From NCBI GenBank assembly GCA_963666805.2, contig CAXXWR010000003.1, forward strand, positions 12,087 to 44,086: 32,000 nt of DNA, in the 5' to 3' direction. The translations under genes were made by a program, and so were the position numbers. This DNA comes from an uncultured Fusibacter sp. (lineage in GTDB: Bacteria > Bacillota > Clostridia > Peptostreptococcales > Acidaminobacteraceae). The notes below the pieces were generated by a model. The model saw only the letters and a list, made by a program, of their open reading frames with translations. It searched no databases and was not told where the DNA came from. Below are positions 18,521 through 27,489 of the stretch, in pieces; positions within the stretch are counted from its first letter, which is position 1; the number at the start of each line of letters is the position of its first letter.

Positions 18521-18808
18521 AAAAAACGCCCCTACATGCTTTTAAACATGCAGGGGCGATAAACTGTCACAGATTCGTCACAAGTCCTCTATCGCGGTAC
18601 CACCCTAATTTGGTCTCAGCGAGTATTTAACTCTTCTCCTTTAACGGTGAGTTGCCGTCATTATATCCGTCCTTAAACATCCAAAATGAAGCTCCAAGTC
18701 TTGGTTCGTGTTAACGCCAGTATTTCCTTCTCAGCATCAGAAATTCTCTGTGACCTTAATTAACATTACTCTTCTCTTCTTCGCCTTTAAAAGAATTATA
18801 AAGGTCTG
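18521..18808 (-). promoter_or_regulatory. T-box riboswitch leader (transcription attenuation type)
   Basis: Minus strand: K-turn, AGUA/GAA S-turn, AG bulge AGAGA, distal loop GCUGAGA, F-box CCGUUA. T-box AAUUAGGGUGGUACCGCG lies at 18610-18593. Terminator CGCCCCUGCAUG...CAUGUAGGGGCG plus U6 lies at 18559-18521. Confidence 0.9.
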
Positions 18809-18814
18809 TCTTTT

Positions 18815-18843
18815 AAAAGTCAAGGTGATTTCAAGGCTAAATC
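18815..18843 (-). promoter_or_regulatory. sigma-A promoter of the T-box leader
   Basis: Minus strand: TTGACT (18843-18838), 17-nt spacer, TATAAT (18820-18815). Confidence 0.8.
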
Positions 18844-19034
18844 AAGTAAATAGCACACTTTTTTTCTCATCTTTGTTTATTAAATGCCAAACAATCATGG
18901 ACAAACGTACTCATTCTTAGTTATAATTAACATAGATTTTACATTAGGTTAACGCGTATATTACACAATGCCACTATACTTCACTTTGGGCATAATTATT
19001 TAATCTAAAATTTACATTAAGGAGGCATTATTTA

Positions 19035-20669
19035 ATGTCAGTATTTGTAGGAGTTTTAGGCGGACTTGGTCTGTTCCTATATGGAATGCGTATGATGGGA
19101 GCAGGGCTTCAAAAAGCTGCGGGCAAAAAGCTCGAAAGAATTATTGAAGTTTTAACAACCAACCGCTTTATGGGCGTTATTGTCGGTATGCTAGTCACGG
19201 GTGTGATTCAAAGTTCAAGCGCAACGACAGTAATGGTTGTCGGTTTTGTTAACGCTGGTTTGATGAAATTAACTCAGGCTGTAGGTGTTATCATGGGGGC
19301 CAACATAGGTACGACCATTACCGGTCAGATTGTATCACTATCCGTAGATCAAATAGCACCAATCGCTATTGGTATCGGCATGATCTTACTGATGTTTGGT
19401 AAAAAAGGGGGACAACGTAACCTCGCTGAAATACTCATTGGACTTGGAATTTTATTTTTTGGTATGGAGTTTCTTAAGGATTCTCTTAAACCACTTAGAG
19501 AATTAGAAGCTTTTCAACACTTAATGCTTACATTAAGTCACAATCCACTACTTGGAGTAGTAGTTGGTTTCTGTTTAACCTTTATTGTTCAAAGTTCAAG
19601 TGCTTCAATAACAATGCTTATTGCACTTGCTTCACAAGGTTTGTTACCCCTTGAAGCAGCACTTCCAATTTTATATGGTGATAATATCGGTACATGTACA
19701 ACTGCATTATTATCAAGTATTGGCGCAAGCCGTAATGCAAAACGTGCAGCTATTATTCATCTTATTTTCAACACCGTTGGTACTATTTTGTTTGTTCTTG
19801 TTTTATCGCATCCAATATCATTTTTCGTTAAATGGTTAGATCCAACTGATGTTCCAAGACAAATAGCCAATGCACATACTCTCTTTAACTTTGCCAATGT
19901 GATTATTCAATTCCCATTTGCCTTATTACTTGTTAAAGCAGCTATGTGGCTCGTACCAGATAAACCAGAACTTGAAAAAAATTCAGTAACTCAATATATT
20001 GACAAACGCATTCTCGAAACACCAACGATTGCCCTTCAAAGTACCATTAAAGAAACTATTTATATGGGTGAAAAATCTTTAGAAAGTTTGACCAATACCA
20101 TGTCGAGTTTCTTTGATAGAAAGACCGAGCAATTGTCTAAGACATTTGAGATTGAAAAAACCATCAACCAATTGGAAAATGAAATCACAGACTATCTCGT
20201 TGAACTTTCCAATTGTGAAATTATGGACTCAGATCGTCGCTACATTGATGGCCTCTTTAACAATATTAATGATATTGAACGTATTGGTGACCATTCAGAA
20301 AATATAGCGGAAATTTTTGTAGCGGTTGCTGACCAAAAAATACAATTTTCTAAACCTTCAATTGAAATGCTTGAAGTGATTCACGCTAAAACAAAAGAGA
20401 GTTTAGAACTTGCTATTGAATCTATTCGATCACCTAAAGAAGAAACAATTGATCGCGTTAATGCTTTAGAAGAAGAAATTGATGTCCTTGAAAGGGCTGC
20501 AAGAAAAGATCATTTTGAGCGTTTAAATGCATCAATATGTGATGTAGAATCTGGTGTTTATTATCTTGAAGTTATTAATAATCTTGAAAGAATTTCTGAC
20601 TTGGCTTCCAACCTTGCAAAAGTCGTTCGCGATACTGTCAAAGTTGTGCCTATTAAAGCAGAAGCTTAA
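19035..20669 (+). CDS. Na/Pi-cotransporter family protein with C-terminal PhoU-like domains
   Basis: Repeated 'QSSSATT' / 'QSSSASI' Na_Pi_cotrans motifs in the membrane half. Helical PhoU-like repeats 'INDIERIGDHSENIA' and 'INNLERISDLASNLA'. SD AAGGAGG. Confidence 0.9.
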   Translation: MSVFVGVLGGLGLFLYGMRMMGAGLQKAAGKKLERIIEVLTTNRFMGVIVGMLVTGVIQSSSATTVMVVGFVNAGLMKLTQAVGVIMGANIGTTITGQIVSLSVDQIAPIAIGIGMILLMFGKKGGQRNLAEILIGLGILFFGMEFLKDSLKPLRELEAFQHLMLTLSHNPLLGVVVGFCLTFIVQSSSASITMLIALASQGLLPLEAALPILYGDNIGTCTTALLSSIGASRNAKRAAIIHLIFNTVGTILFVLVLSHPISFFVKWLDPTDVPRQIANAHTLFNFANVIIQFPFALLLVKAAMWLVPDKPELEKNSVTQYIDKRILETPTIALQSTIKETIYMGEKSLESLTNTMSSFFDRKTEQLSKTFEIEKTINQLENEITDYLVELSNCEIMDSDRRYIDGLFNNINDIERIGDHSENIAEIFVAVADQKIQFSKPSIEMLEVIHAKTKESLELAIESIRSPKEETIDRVNALEEEIDVLERAARKDHFERLNASICDVESGVYYLEVINNLERISDLASNLAKVVRDTVKVVPIKAEA

Positions 20670-20681
20670 ATCTATAAGCCA

Positions 20682-20717
20682 ATCCCCCTTTCCAATTGTT
20701 GGAGAGGGGGATTTTTT
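20682..20717 (+). terminator. rho-independent terminator
   Basis: atccccctttccaa / ttggagagggggat stem followed by tttttta. Confidence 0.8.
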
Positions 20718-20725
20718 ATTTAATG

Positions 20726-22426
20726 CTAAAGTATTTTTAAAAATATAGATACAATTGACTCATCAAATTGAGTCCCTGCGTTAGCGCTTATAATCGCTTT
20801 AGCTTCTTCAATAGATTTTCCCTTTCGATAAGGCCTATCAGAAACAATCGCATCAAAGGCGTCTGCAATGGCAATGATTTTAGCTCCGAGAGGAATATCA
20901 GATCCTCTAAGTCCTTCTGGGTATCCTTTACCATCAATACGTTCATGGTGATGATAAATAATAGGAATAATTGCTTCTAATGATCTAATCGGACTTAAAA
21001 TATCTCTTCCTTTCTCAGGATGATTCTTAATAATATTATATTCTTCATCCGTTAGAGGGCCAGGTTTCAATAAAATGCGATCTCTAATCCCAATTTTACC
21101 GATATCATGTAGTTTAGCCGCAAGAACAAATTCATTTACTGTACTTTGAGGTAATTGTAAAGCCTCTGAAATTTTTTGTGTCCATTGAGTTACTCGCTCT
21201 GTATGACCTTGGGTTATATGGTCTCTTGCCTCAAGTGCTTTAATTAAGGAGTTAATCGTTGTAATCATATATTCATTTTCAAGCGCCATATCTCTATATT
21301 TTTCAACAATCATATGTTCCACTTGATTAATCACAACATCCACTTTAAAAGGTTTTACAAAATAATACTCTACACCGAGTGCCTCGCCTTGTTTTTTATT
21401 ATAGCGACTATTAAGCGTACTCATAATCATAACTTTCGTATGGGCAATAGGTGCTGTTTCTCTCACTTTCTGGATCATTTCATAGCCATCCATAATAGGC
21501 ATATTAATGTCAGTTATAATGACGTCTGGTTTTTCTTGGGTTGCCATTTCATACCCTTCCAGACCATTACTGGCGACTGATACATTATAGCCTCTCCTGA
21601 CTAAACCGATTTTCAAAACATTCTGAATCATCAAACTATCTTCAACAATTAATACTTTTTCATTGTAGCGTTCCTTGACATAATACTGCCCAATCTTATT
21701 CAATACTTTTTCACCTATCAATGGCTCTACCAAGTAGTCATCAGCTCCCATAGCATACGCTTGCTGTAAAGTATTCTTGTTAGCATCATTCGTCATGATA
21801 ATAATCGGAATGGCGTATTCTCTATAGTACATTCTGATTTCTTTGCACAATTGATAGCCTGACATATCAGGTAACTCTAGTGATAATATAACTACACTTG
21901 GCATCATTAACTTCATTTTTTCTAAGGCTTCAATACCATCTTGCGCGTGCATAACTTGATAAGGACTGTTGTCCATTAACATTTTAATATGCGTATGTAT
22001 TGGGGGTCTTGCATCTACAAAGAGAACCATTTTTTTGGAACGTATTCTATGCTTTAAATAAGCCCTATTACTTACTTTATTATTTACTAAATCTAAGTAA
22101 TGCTGAATCCCCTTTTTAATATGATCCTCGTCTGTTCCAACGATAAAATGAAAAGCCTGATCTGATTTCACTGGCATTATATTTTCATAGACCACCAAGA
22201 TATCGCTTTCCATATGATAAAGGGTATTAATAATCCTTTTAAATTTATGAATACTAAAAGATAGGGCTTTTTCTTCAATAAGAAAAAAATCACACTGCAA
22301 AGTACCTATTGAACTTTCAAAAATAATATCTTCTTCTATAAAAAAATGCTCTATACTAGATGCAGTTAAACACGCATGAACAATGCGTTTAAGTGATTTC
22401 TCTTTAATTAAACAACCAGCATTCAT
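20726..22426 (-). CDS. response-regulator-type c-di-GMP phosphodiesterase: N-terminal unknown/pseudo-REC, pseudo-REC, REC, HD-GYP
   Basis: Start set at ATG 22426 (AGGAAG 8 nt upstream; the ORF track uses GTG 22435). Canonical REC 'KVLIVEDS...DVIITDINMPIMDG...MST...FVKPF'. HD-GYP motifs 'HDIGKIGI' and 'HHERIDGKGYPEGL'. Confidence 0.9.
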   Translation of the reverse strand: MNAGCLIKEKSLKRIVHACLTASSIEHFFIEEDIIFESSIGTLQCDFFLIEEKALSFSIHKFKRIINTLYHMESDILVVYENIMPVKSDQAFHFIVGTDEDHIKKGIQHYLDLVNNKVSNRAYLKHRIRSKKMVLFVDARPPIHTHIKMLMDNSPYQVMHAQDGIEALEKMKLMMPSVVILSLELPDMSGYQLCKEIRMYYREYAIPIIIMTNDANKNTLQQAYAMGADDYLVEPLIGEKVLNKIGQYYVKERYNEKVLIVEDSLMIQNVLKIGLVRRGYNVSVASNGLEGYEMATQEKPDVIITDINMPIMDGYEMIQKVRETAPIAHTKVMIMSTLNSRYNKKQGEALGVEYYFVKPFKVDVVINQVEHMIVEKYRDMALENEYMITTINSLIKALEARDHITQGHTERVTQWTQKISEALQLPQSTVNEFVLAAKLHDIGKIGIRDRILLKPGPLTDEEYNIIKNHPEKGRDILSPIRSLEAIIPIIYHHHERIDGKGYPEGLRGSDIPLGAKIIAIADAFDAIVSDRPYRKGKSIEEAKAIISANAGTQFDESIVSIFLKIL

Positions 22427-22574
22427 TTTATGCACTTCCTTTATAATGACTTAAATGATACATACCCCAACTGGCCTTTATCATAACGGTCTTCTTAATT
22501 TTAAGGCTCTACTTGCAACATATAAAATAATATATGATAAAATAGAAATAAAAAAACTATGAAGGAGTTGCTTT

Positions 22575-23216
22575 ATGAAATGGTTTCAAATAGATAGCCC
22601 CTTGTTTCAGACACTCAATACAATAAGTGATGTCATTTTACTTAATCTCTACTTTTTAGTTACAGTTATTTTCACCTTAGGCATCGGACTTGGTTCTGGT
22701 GTAACTGCTCTTATCTATGCTATTTATCATGGGTTTAGACGGCATGAAGGCAAAATGAGACAGGCTTACGTTAAAAGCTTTAAAGCCAACTTTAAATCAA
22801 TTACGCCCTATAGCCTCTTAATAATGGCACTTATTTTTATCATCCAATGGGTACCTAACTATTTAGAACTCATGAGTTCTCAGTTTTATCAAGCTATACA
22901 GTATTTCATTACTACAGAATTGATTTTACAATTTCTTTATGTCTGTGCGCAGCAATCTAAAATTAAATTATCAATTAAAGACAGTATTAAGAACAGTTTT
23001 CTACTGATTCATCGGCATCTTCTCACGACCCTTATTGTATTAGTAAGCCTCATCATTTGTTTGGCTTCTCTCTATGTCTTAAAAGGTCTATCAGTCCTCT
23101 TTGTTTTTGCCGTTTCTGCCTTTGTCCTCGAATACTTTGTTCTCGAAAAACTCTTAATTGCACACTATATGCCTGAAACAATGGCCAATCAACTTAAAAT
23201 ACAAAAGCTACAGTAG
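22575..23216 (+). CDS. DUF624/YesL-like integral membrane protein
   Basis: N-terminal 'FQIDSPLFQTLNTISDVILLNLYFLV' resembles YesL-family proteins. Several TM segments. SD GAAGGAG. Confidence 0.6.
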   Translation: MKWFQIDSPLFQTLNTISDVILLNLYFLVTVIFTLGIGLGSGVTALIYAIYHGFRRHEGKMRQAYVKSFKANFKSITPYSLLIMALIFIIQWVPNYLELMSSQFYQAIQYFITTELILQFLYVCAQQSKIKLSIKDSIKNSFLLIHRHLLTTLIVLVSLIICLASLYVLKGLSVLFVFAVSAFVLEYFVLEKLLIAHYMPETMANQLKIQKLQ

Positions 23217-23245
23217 GTGTTCTACTGTAGCTTTTGCTATTTTTT
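23207..23245. terminator. bidirectional terminator between convergent genes
   Basis: gctacagtag (23207-23216) pairs with ctactgtagc (23222-23231). T-rich tracts follow on both strands. The stem includes the stop codon of the 22575 gene. Confidence 0.75.
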
Positions 23246-23272
23246 ATTTAGTGTTCTTTTTATTTAGCCTTC

Positions 23273-23677
23273 TTACTGATTCTCTTTAATATAAAGACAG
23301 GCCTTCTTATCTTCTTTTCCAATATGGTTCATGAGCCAATTCATAGCGACTTTGTTAATTTTAATCGCATTGGTCTTATCTTCTGAATGAGAAAGTGCCA
23401 TTTCTTTTAATGGTTCAAAATCCGCAATAAACTTTCGGTGGATTTCTTTGTGCCGTTTAAGATCTGGATAAGCATATTTTTCATAAAGTTTTTCTTCATG
23501 CTGAAAATGCTCTTTTGTATAACGTTCAATAAAATCAAGAATTTCTTTAACCCGTTTATTTCCTTGTCCCGAACTCATGGCTTCATACAATTTTTCAACT
23601 TGTTCAATTAAAGCTTGATGTTCATCATCAACTGCCTTAATACCTGTCATCAATGATTTAGTCCACGTGAATCCCAT
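23273..23677 (-). CDS. bacteriohemerythrin (single-domain hemerythrin-like metal-binding protein)
   Basis: Diiron ligand pattern: 'VDDEHQALIE', 'HFQHEEKL', 'HKEIHRKF', 'WLMNHIGKEDKK'. SD AGGAGGAAG. Confidence 0.9.
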   Translation of the reverse strand: MGFTWTKSLMTGIKAVDDEHQALIEQVEKLYEAMSSGQGNKRVKEILDFIERYTKEHFQHEEKLYEKYAYPDLKRHKEIHRKFIADFEPLKEMALSHSEDKTNAIKINKVAMNWLMNHIGKEDKKACLYIKENQ

Positions 23678-23785
23678 ATTATCTTCCTCCTTTTGGGATA
23701 TTACTACTCTCTATTTTAATCTTATAATGAGAGCATACCCTTCTGGAAGAAATGATAATCAAAAACGTTAAAAATCATTTAACAC

Positions 23786-24106
23786 CTATCGGATGACAAC
23801 GGCTGTCCCCGATGCTGTAACCATTAACATATTATTACTGGCTCCTAATATTTCGTAATCTAAATCAATACCCACAACCGCATTAGCTCCCATTCTAGCC
23901 GCTCTTTCAGACAATTCTTTTAGGGCTGCATTTCTCGCATCGACTAGTTCATTTTCATATGAACCCGAACGCCCTCCAAAAAAATTGGTAAGTCCTGCAG
24001 CAAAATCTTTAACAAAATCAACGCCATTAATGACTTCTCCAAAAGCAATTCCTTTATAATCTACAATTTCTCTACCTTCAATTTGGTTTGTTGTTGTTAA
24101 TATCAT
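23786..24106 (-). CDS. YbjQ/UPF0145-family protein
   Basis: Start set at ATG 24106 (SD AAGGAGGAAG). '[20 protein letters not shown]...[13 protein letters not shown]...[11 protein letters not shown]' is typical of UPF0145. Confidence 0.85.
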   Translation of the reverse strand: MILTTTNQIEGREIVDYKGIAFGEVINGVDFVKDFAAGLTNFFGGRSGSYENELVDARNAALKELSERAARMGANAVVGIDLDYEILGASNNMLMVTASGTAVVIR

Positions 24107-24265
24107 ATCTTCCTCCTTAATCATTTCTTCGTGTTTGATTATTCTCAGTATAAACTAAAAGTATTAAAATTCGATAAAGAAATGAACAAATTTGTAGATG
24201 AATCCAAAAGATTTCTTTATAATGATATATAAGTACTAATAGAAAGTCACTTAAAGGAGCGTTTT

Positions 24266-25921
24266 ATGGATATAACGAGGATTATTGCAATTTTAATACC
24301 GATTTTTATTGGCTTATTTGCTGCCACACAAAAAAACAAAGAGGTTGAAGAGCCACGTGATAAAAAAATGGACTCTCACCGATCAAATGAAGAACTTATG
24401 AATGAAATTGCTAAGAACCCCAATGACATCAGAGCTATCTATTATAACGGCTATCAATTATGGCAAAGTGGCAAATCAAGAGAAGCACTTGCCTATTTGT
24501 TAAAACGCGAAGATATGTATAGAAACAAAGATGCTATGTATACGCTTATTGCTGAAATTTATAACGATGATAGTGCACCTCGAAAAGCAATTGAATTCTA
24601 TGAAAAGAGCATTCAAATTCATCCTACGTCTTTTTCTCATACTCGGGTCGCTGAAATTTATGACCAATATGCCGACTACGATAAAGCAATCTACCATTAT
24701 AAGAGCGCTTTAAACTTTGAAGACGCAGAAAAAATTTATCTCTACAATCGTATTTCAAGAGCCTATATGTACATGAGTAATGATAAAATGGCTGATAAGT
24801 ACAGAGAAAAATCAGAAAAAAGTCCTGATGTCAGTACAAATCGTATCAGCTACCATTTTTCACCTGAAGAACTTGTAGGCCCTCGCCGTTCTAAGAAAAA
24901 AGCCAGCTCAGGACCGCTTAAATTTATTGTTTTTCTCATCATCTTATTTGGTATTTTTTCATTATTTCTTTCACTAAAATCAAACTATGATTTTTTTAAA
25001 GATAATCCAATTGGATCTGTCAGCGACAATTTATTTACAAATAGTGATGATACTTTTGATGTTACAGATGATTCGCTTACAGTCTCTGATGAGACTACCA
25101 CTGTTTCTGCTACACCTTTTATACGTATTGATCCTATTGATACCAATACGTTACTCACGCATTTAGGAAATACAAACAGTAATATTTTTTATGGTACAAA
25201 GGTCGCTGAAATAACAACCGGTGACTATGCAGGTCAAGTCATTGAAATGGATGATAAGGGCATTTATTTATGGAATCCAGAAGACGAAACGACAACTTAT
25301 ATTAATGATGAAACCAATGCTTCACAACTTAATGAGTTAAATGGTAAGATTTATTACATCACTAACAATGACGAGGACTTAACATCAGTCATTCATGGTA
25401 TTGATTTTACAGGTAATGAATTTTTATCAATTGAAGGAACAGATATTTCTAATCTATTAGTGGATGACTATAATCTCTACTATATTAATCATGATTCTGA
25501 CTCAGCGCAACTCGTTGTTTATACTTTTGAAACTCAAAACGAATTGGCATATTCTTTAGACGATGTCACCATGATTTCTCAAAATATGGATTATATCATG
25601 TACTTATCAAATGAATCTATGTATCTCATTAGAAAAGAGGCACTTACATCAGGCCATTTTGGAGAAGATTATATTATTCCTGTTCTAATGGATCAATGGG
25701 CTGATTATGCTCTCATTGATAATGATAAGATTTTTTACTCAAGTGCATCGAATTTAGGTCTGTATATGTATGATTTAACAACCAATGATACTCAATCTGT
25801 TTTACCTGATTTCGATATTAATTCAATGGATGTCAATGCTTTTAACGACTATCTTTATATCGGTCATTACGATGTTGACACAGATTCAGATAAAACAAGT
25901 GTTTATGATTTTGAAGAATAG
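24266..25921 (+). CDS. membrane protein: TM - TPR repeats - TM - extracellular repeat (DUF5050-like propeller?) domain
   Basis: TM 'IIAILIPIFIGLFAAT'. TPR-like repeats 'AIEFYEKSIQIHP' and 'AIYHYKSALNFED'. Second TM 'LKFIVFLIILFGIFSLFLSL'. C-terminal repeated 'IYYITNND' and 'LYYINHDS' motifs. Confidence 0.7.
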   Translation: MDITRIIAILIPIFIGLFAATQKNKEVEEPRDKKMDSHRSNEELMNEIAKNPNDIRAIYYNGYQLWQSGKSREALAYLLKREDMYRNKDAMYTLIAEIYNDDSAPRKAIEFYEKSIQIHPTSFSHTRVAEIYDQYADYDKAIYHYKSALNFEDAEKIYLYNRISRAYMYMSNDKMADKYREKSEKSPDVSTNRISYHFSPEELVGPRRSKKKASSGPLKFIVFLIILFGIFSLFLSLKSNYDFFKDNPIGSVSDNLFTNSDDTFDVTDDSLTVSDETTTVSATPFIRIDPIDTNTLLTHLGNTNSNIFYGTKVAEITTGDYAGQVIEMDDKGIYLWNPEDETTTYINDETNASQLNELNGKIYYITNNDEDLTSVIHGIDFTGNEFLSIEGTDISNLLVDDYNLYYINHDSDSAQLVVYTFETQNELAYSLDDVTMISQNMDYIMYLSNESMYLIRKEALTSGHFGEDYIIPVLMDQWADYALIDNDKIFYSSASNLGLYMYDLTTNDTQSVLPDFDINSMDVNAFNDYLYIGHYDVDTDSDKTSVYDFEE

Positions 25922-26022
25922 AAATGACCTCTTATGATGACTACTGGGCTAATGTCATTACTTCAAATTATCTCTATTATAGTTCCAGCTATCCTAGCTC
26001 ATATTAAATATTTATCTCTTAA

Positions 26023-26048
26023 GTTCCAGCTCAGGCTGGAACTTTTTT
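26023..26048 (+). terminator. rho-independent terminator
   Basis: gttccagc tcag gctggaac followed by tttttt. Confidence 0.85.
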
Positions 26049-26140
26049 ATTGCCGATCAAATGATAAAATTCAAAGGCGTTCAACCTTTCGTGAATCTAA
26101 ACATTATGTTATAATATTGCTTTAGTTAGGAGGACTACAC

Positions 26141-26992
26141 ATGAAACAAAAAGGAATTATCTATATCATATTATCGGCACTCTTCTTCTCTATTATGGCG
26201 GCATTTGTTAAAAGTGTCCCTCAGTTACCACTTTCTGAGAAAATGTTTTTCCGAAATTTCATAGGATTGATTGCCGTTGCAGTGACACTTTTAAAAACAA
26301 AACAGTCTATCAAAGTCAATCATAAACCCCTCATGTTTTTTAGAGCAGCTTTTGGACTGACTGGGGTTGGATTATACTATGCAGCCCTTTCGAAAATGCC
26401 TCTTGCCAATGCAGTTATTCTCAATAAACTCTCTCCCTTTTTTGTTGTTATTTTCGCAGGGATATTCTTAAAAGAAATCATTGGACCTAAACAAAGAATA
26501 GCTTTGGTTCTCAGTATCATTGGTGCCTTGTTAGTTATTCAACCTAATTTAGATTTTGACCTACTGCCTGCTCTCTTGGCGCTTGGATCTGCCTTATTCG
26601 CTGGAGCAGCCTATACAGTGGTTAGAAAACTGACAAGCTATGATCATCCGACAATCATTGTCTTTTATTTTTGTTTAATTTCAAGTATTGTATTGATTCC
26701 TTTTATGATGATTGAGGGATTTATTGTGCCTAGTTTGACTCAATTGATTAGTTTATTAGGCATTGGAATTTCAGCACTTTTAGCTCAACTATTTATGACT
26801 AATGCCTATCAATATGCCCCTGCAAGCGAACTCTCTATTTACACTTATATCAATATTGTCTTTTCCTCTATGTGGGGTCTTATTATCTGGGGCGAATTTC
26901 CCAATTGGATCGCTATCCTTGGAGCCAGCATTATCATTCTTGCTGCTTTTCTTAATTATCTTAGTAAAAAACAAAGACAAGTTAAGTCATAG
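26141..26992 (+). CDS. EamA/DMT-superfamily transporter (10-TM type)
   Basis: Two EamA-like halves, ten hydrophobic segments, SD AGGAGG. Confidence 0.9.
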   Translation: MKQKGIIYIILSALFFSIMAAFVKSVPQLPLSEKMFFRNFIGLIAVAVTLLKTKQSIKVNHKPLMFFRAAFGLTGVGLYYAALSKMPLANAVILNKLSPFFVVIFAGIFLKEIIGPKQRIALVLSIIGALLVIQPNLDFDLLPALLALGSALFAGAAYTVVRKLTSYDHPTIIVFYFCLISSIVLIPFMMIEGFIVPSLTQLISLLGIGISALLAQLFMTNAYQYAPASELSIYTYINIVFSSMWGLIIWGEFPNWIAILGASIIILAAFLNYLSKKQRQVKS

Positions 26993-27009
26993 TGATTATC
27001 TTAAAATAA

Positions 27010-27040
27010 AAATGTCCTCTCTAGGGGACATTTTTATTTT
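27010..27040 (+). terminator. rho-independent terminator
   Basis: aaatgtcctc (27010-27019) pairs with ggggacattt (27024-27033), followed by a T-run. Confidence 0.75.
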
Positions 27041-27081
27041 CTTAATATGAAGTTAAGTTTATTAGAAGAAAAAACAAGATT

Positions 27082-27489
27082 ATGGCAGCATTTGTTAAAA
27101 GTGTTCCTCATTTGCCACTTTCAGAAAAAATATTTTTTAGGAACTTTATAGGCTTAATTGCTATTACAGTGACACTTTTAAGAACAAAACAATCTATCAG
27201 CGTTAATCATAAACCGCTCATGTTTTTCAGAGCAGCTTTTGGTCTCGGTGCTAGTGGCTTGTACTATGCCTCTCTTTCCAAAATGCCCCTTGCCAATGCA
27301 GTTATTCTCAATAAACTCTCTCCCTTTTTTGTTGTTATTTTAGCAGGTGTATTCTTAAAAGAAATCATTGGACCTAAGCAAAGAGTAGCTCTGCTTATCG
27401 GTGTCATTGGTGCTTTAATAGGAACCTTGCTTATCATCTTAGCCGCTTTTCTTAATTATCTTAGTCGAAAGCAACCGATTAACTCATAG
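27082..27489 (+). pseudogene. diverged, 5'-truncated and internally deleted tandem copy of the EamA transporter gene
   Basis: 27082-27417 aligns with 26195-26530 (codons 19-130 of the full gene), and the last ~20 codons align with its 3' end. The middle ~130 codons are absent but the frame is kept. No SD upstream; the copy starts inside TM1. Confidence 0.7.

Noticed and set aside
18678-18680. AUG triplet (minus strand, in UUGGAUGUUUAAGG) as a possible Met specifier of the T-box
   Set aside because: It lies 3' of the K-turn-closed Stem I, in the linker/Stem II region, and is followed by U rather than the conserved purine. It therefore cannot be the specifier in the fold I derived.
18708-18920. 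70-aa plus-strand ORF
   Set aside because: It overlaps the minus-strand T-box Stem I and its promoter, has no SD, and has a low-complexity hydrophobic translation. It is most likely spurious.
18938-19016. TTTACA / ATTACA / CTTCAC / TTTACA hexamers upstream of the Na/Pi-cotransporter gene as PhoP (Pho-box) repeats
   Set aside because: Only the first two are spaced by a multiple of 11 bp (22 bp) and the others are out of phase. Such hexamers are expected by chance in AT-rich DNA. This is not supportable without comparative data.
25934-26125. 63-aa ORF between the TPR gene and the EamA gene
   Set aside because: It runs straight through the strong terminator hairpin at 26023-26048 and the likely EamA promoter, and has no SD. 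It is most likely spurious.
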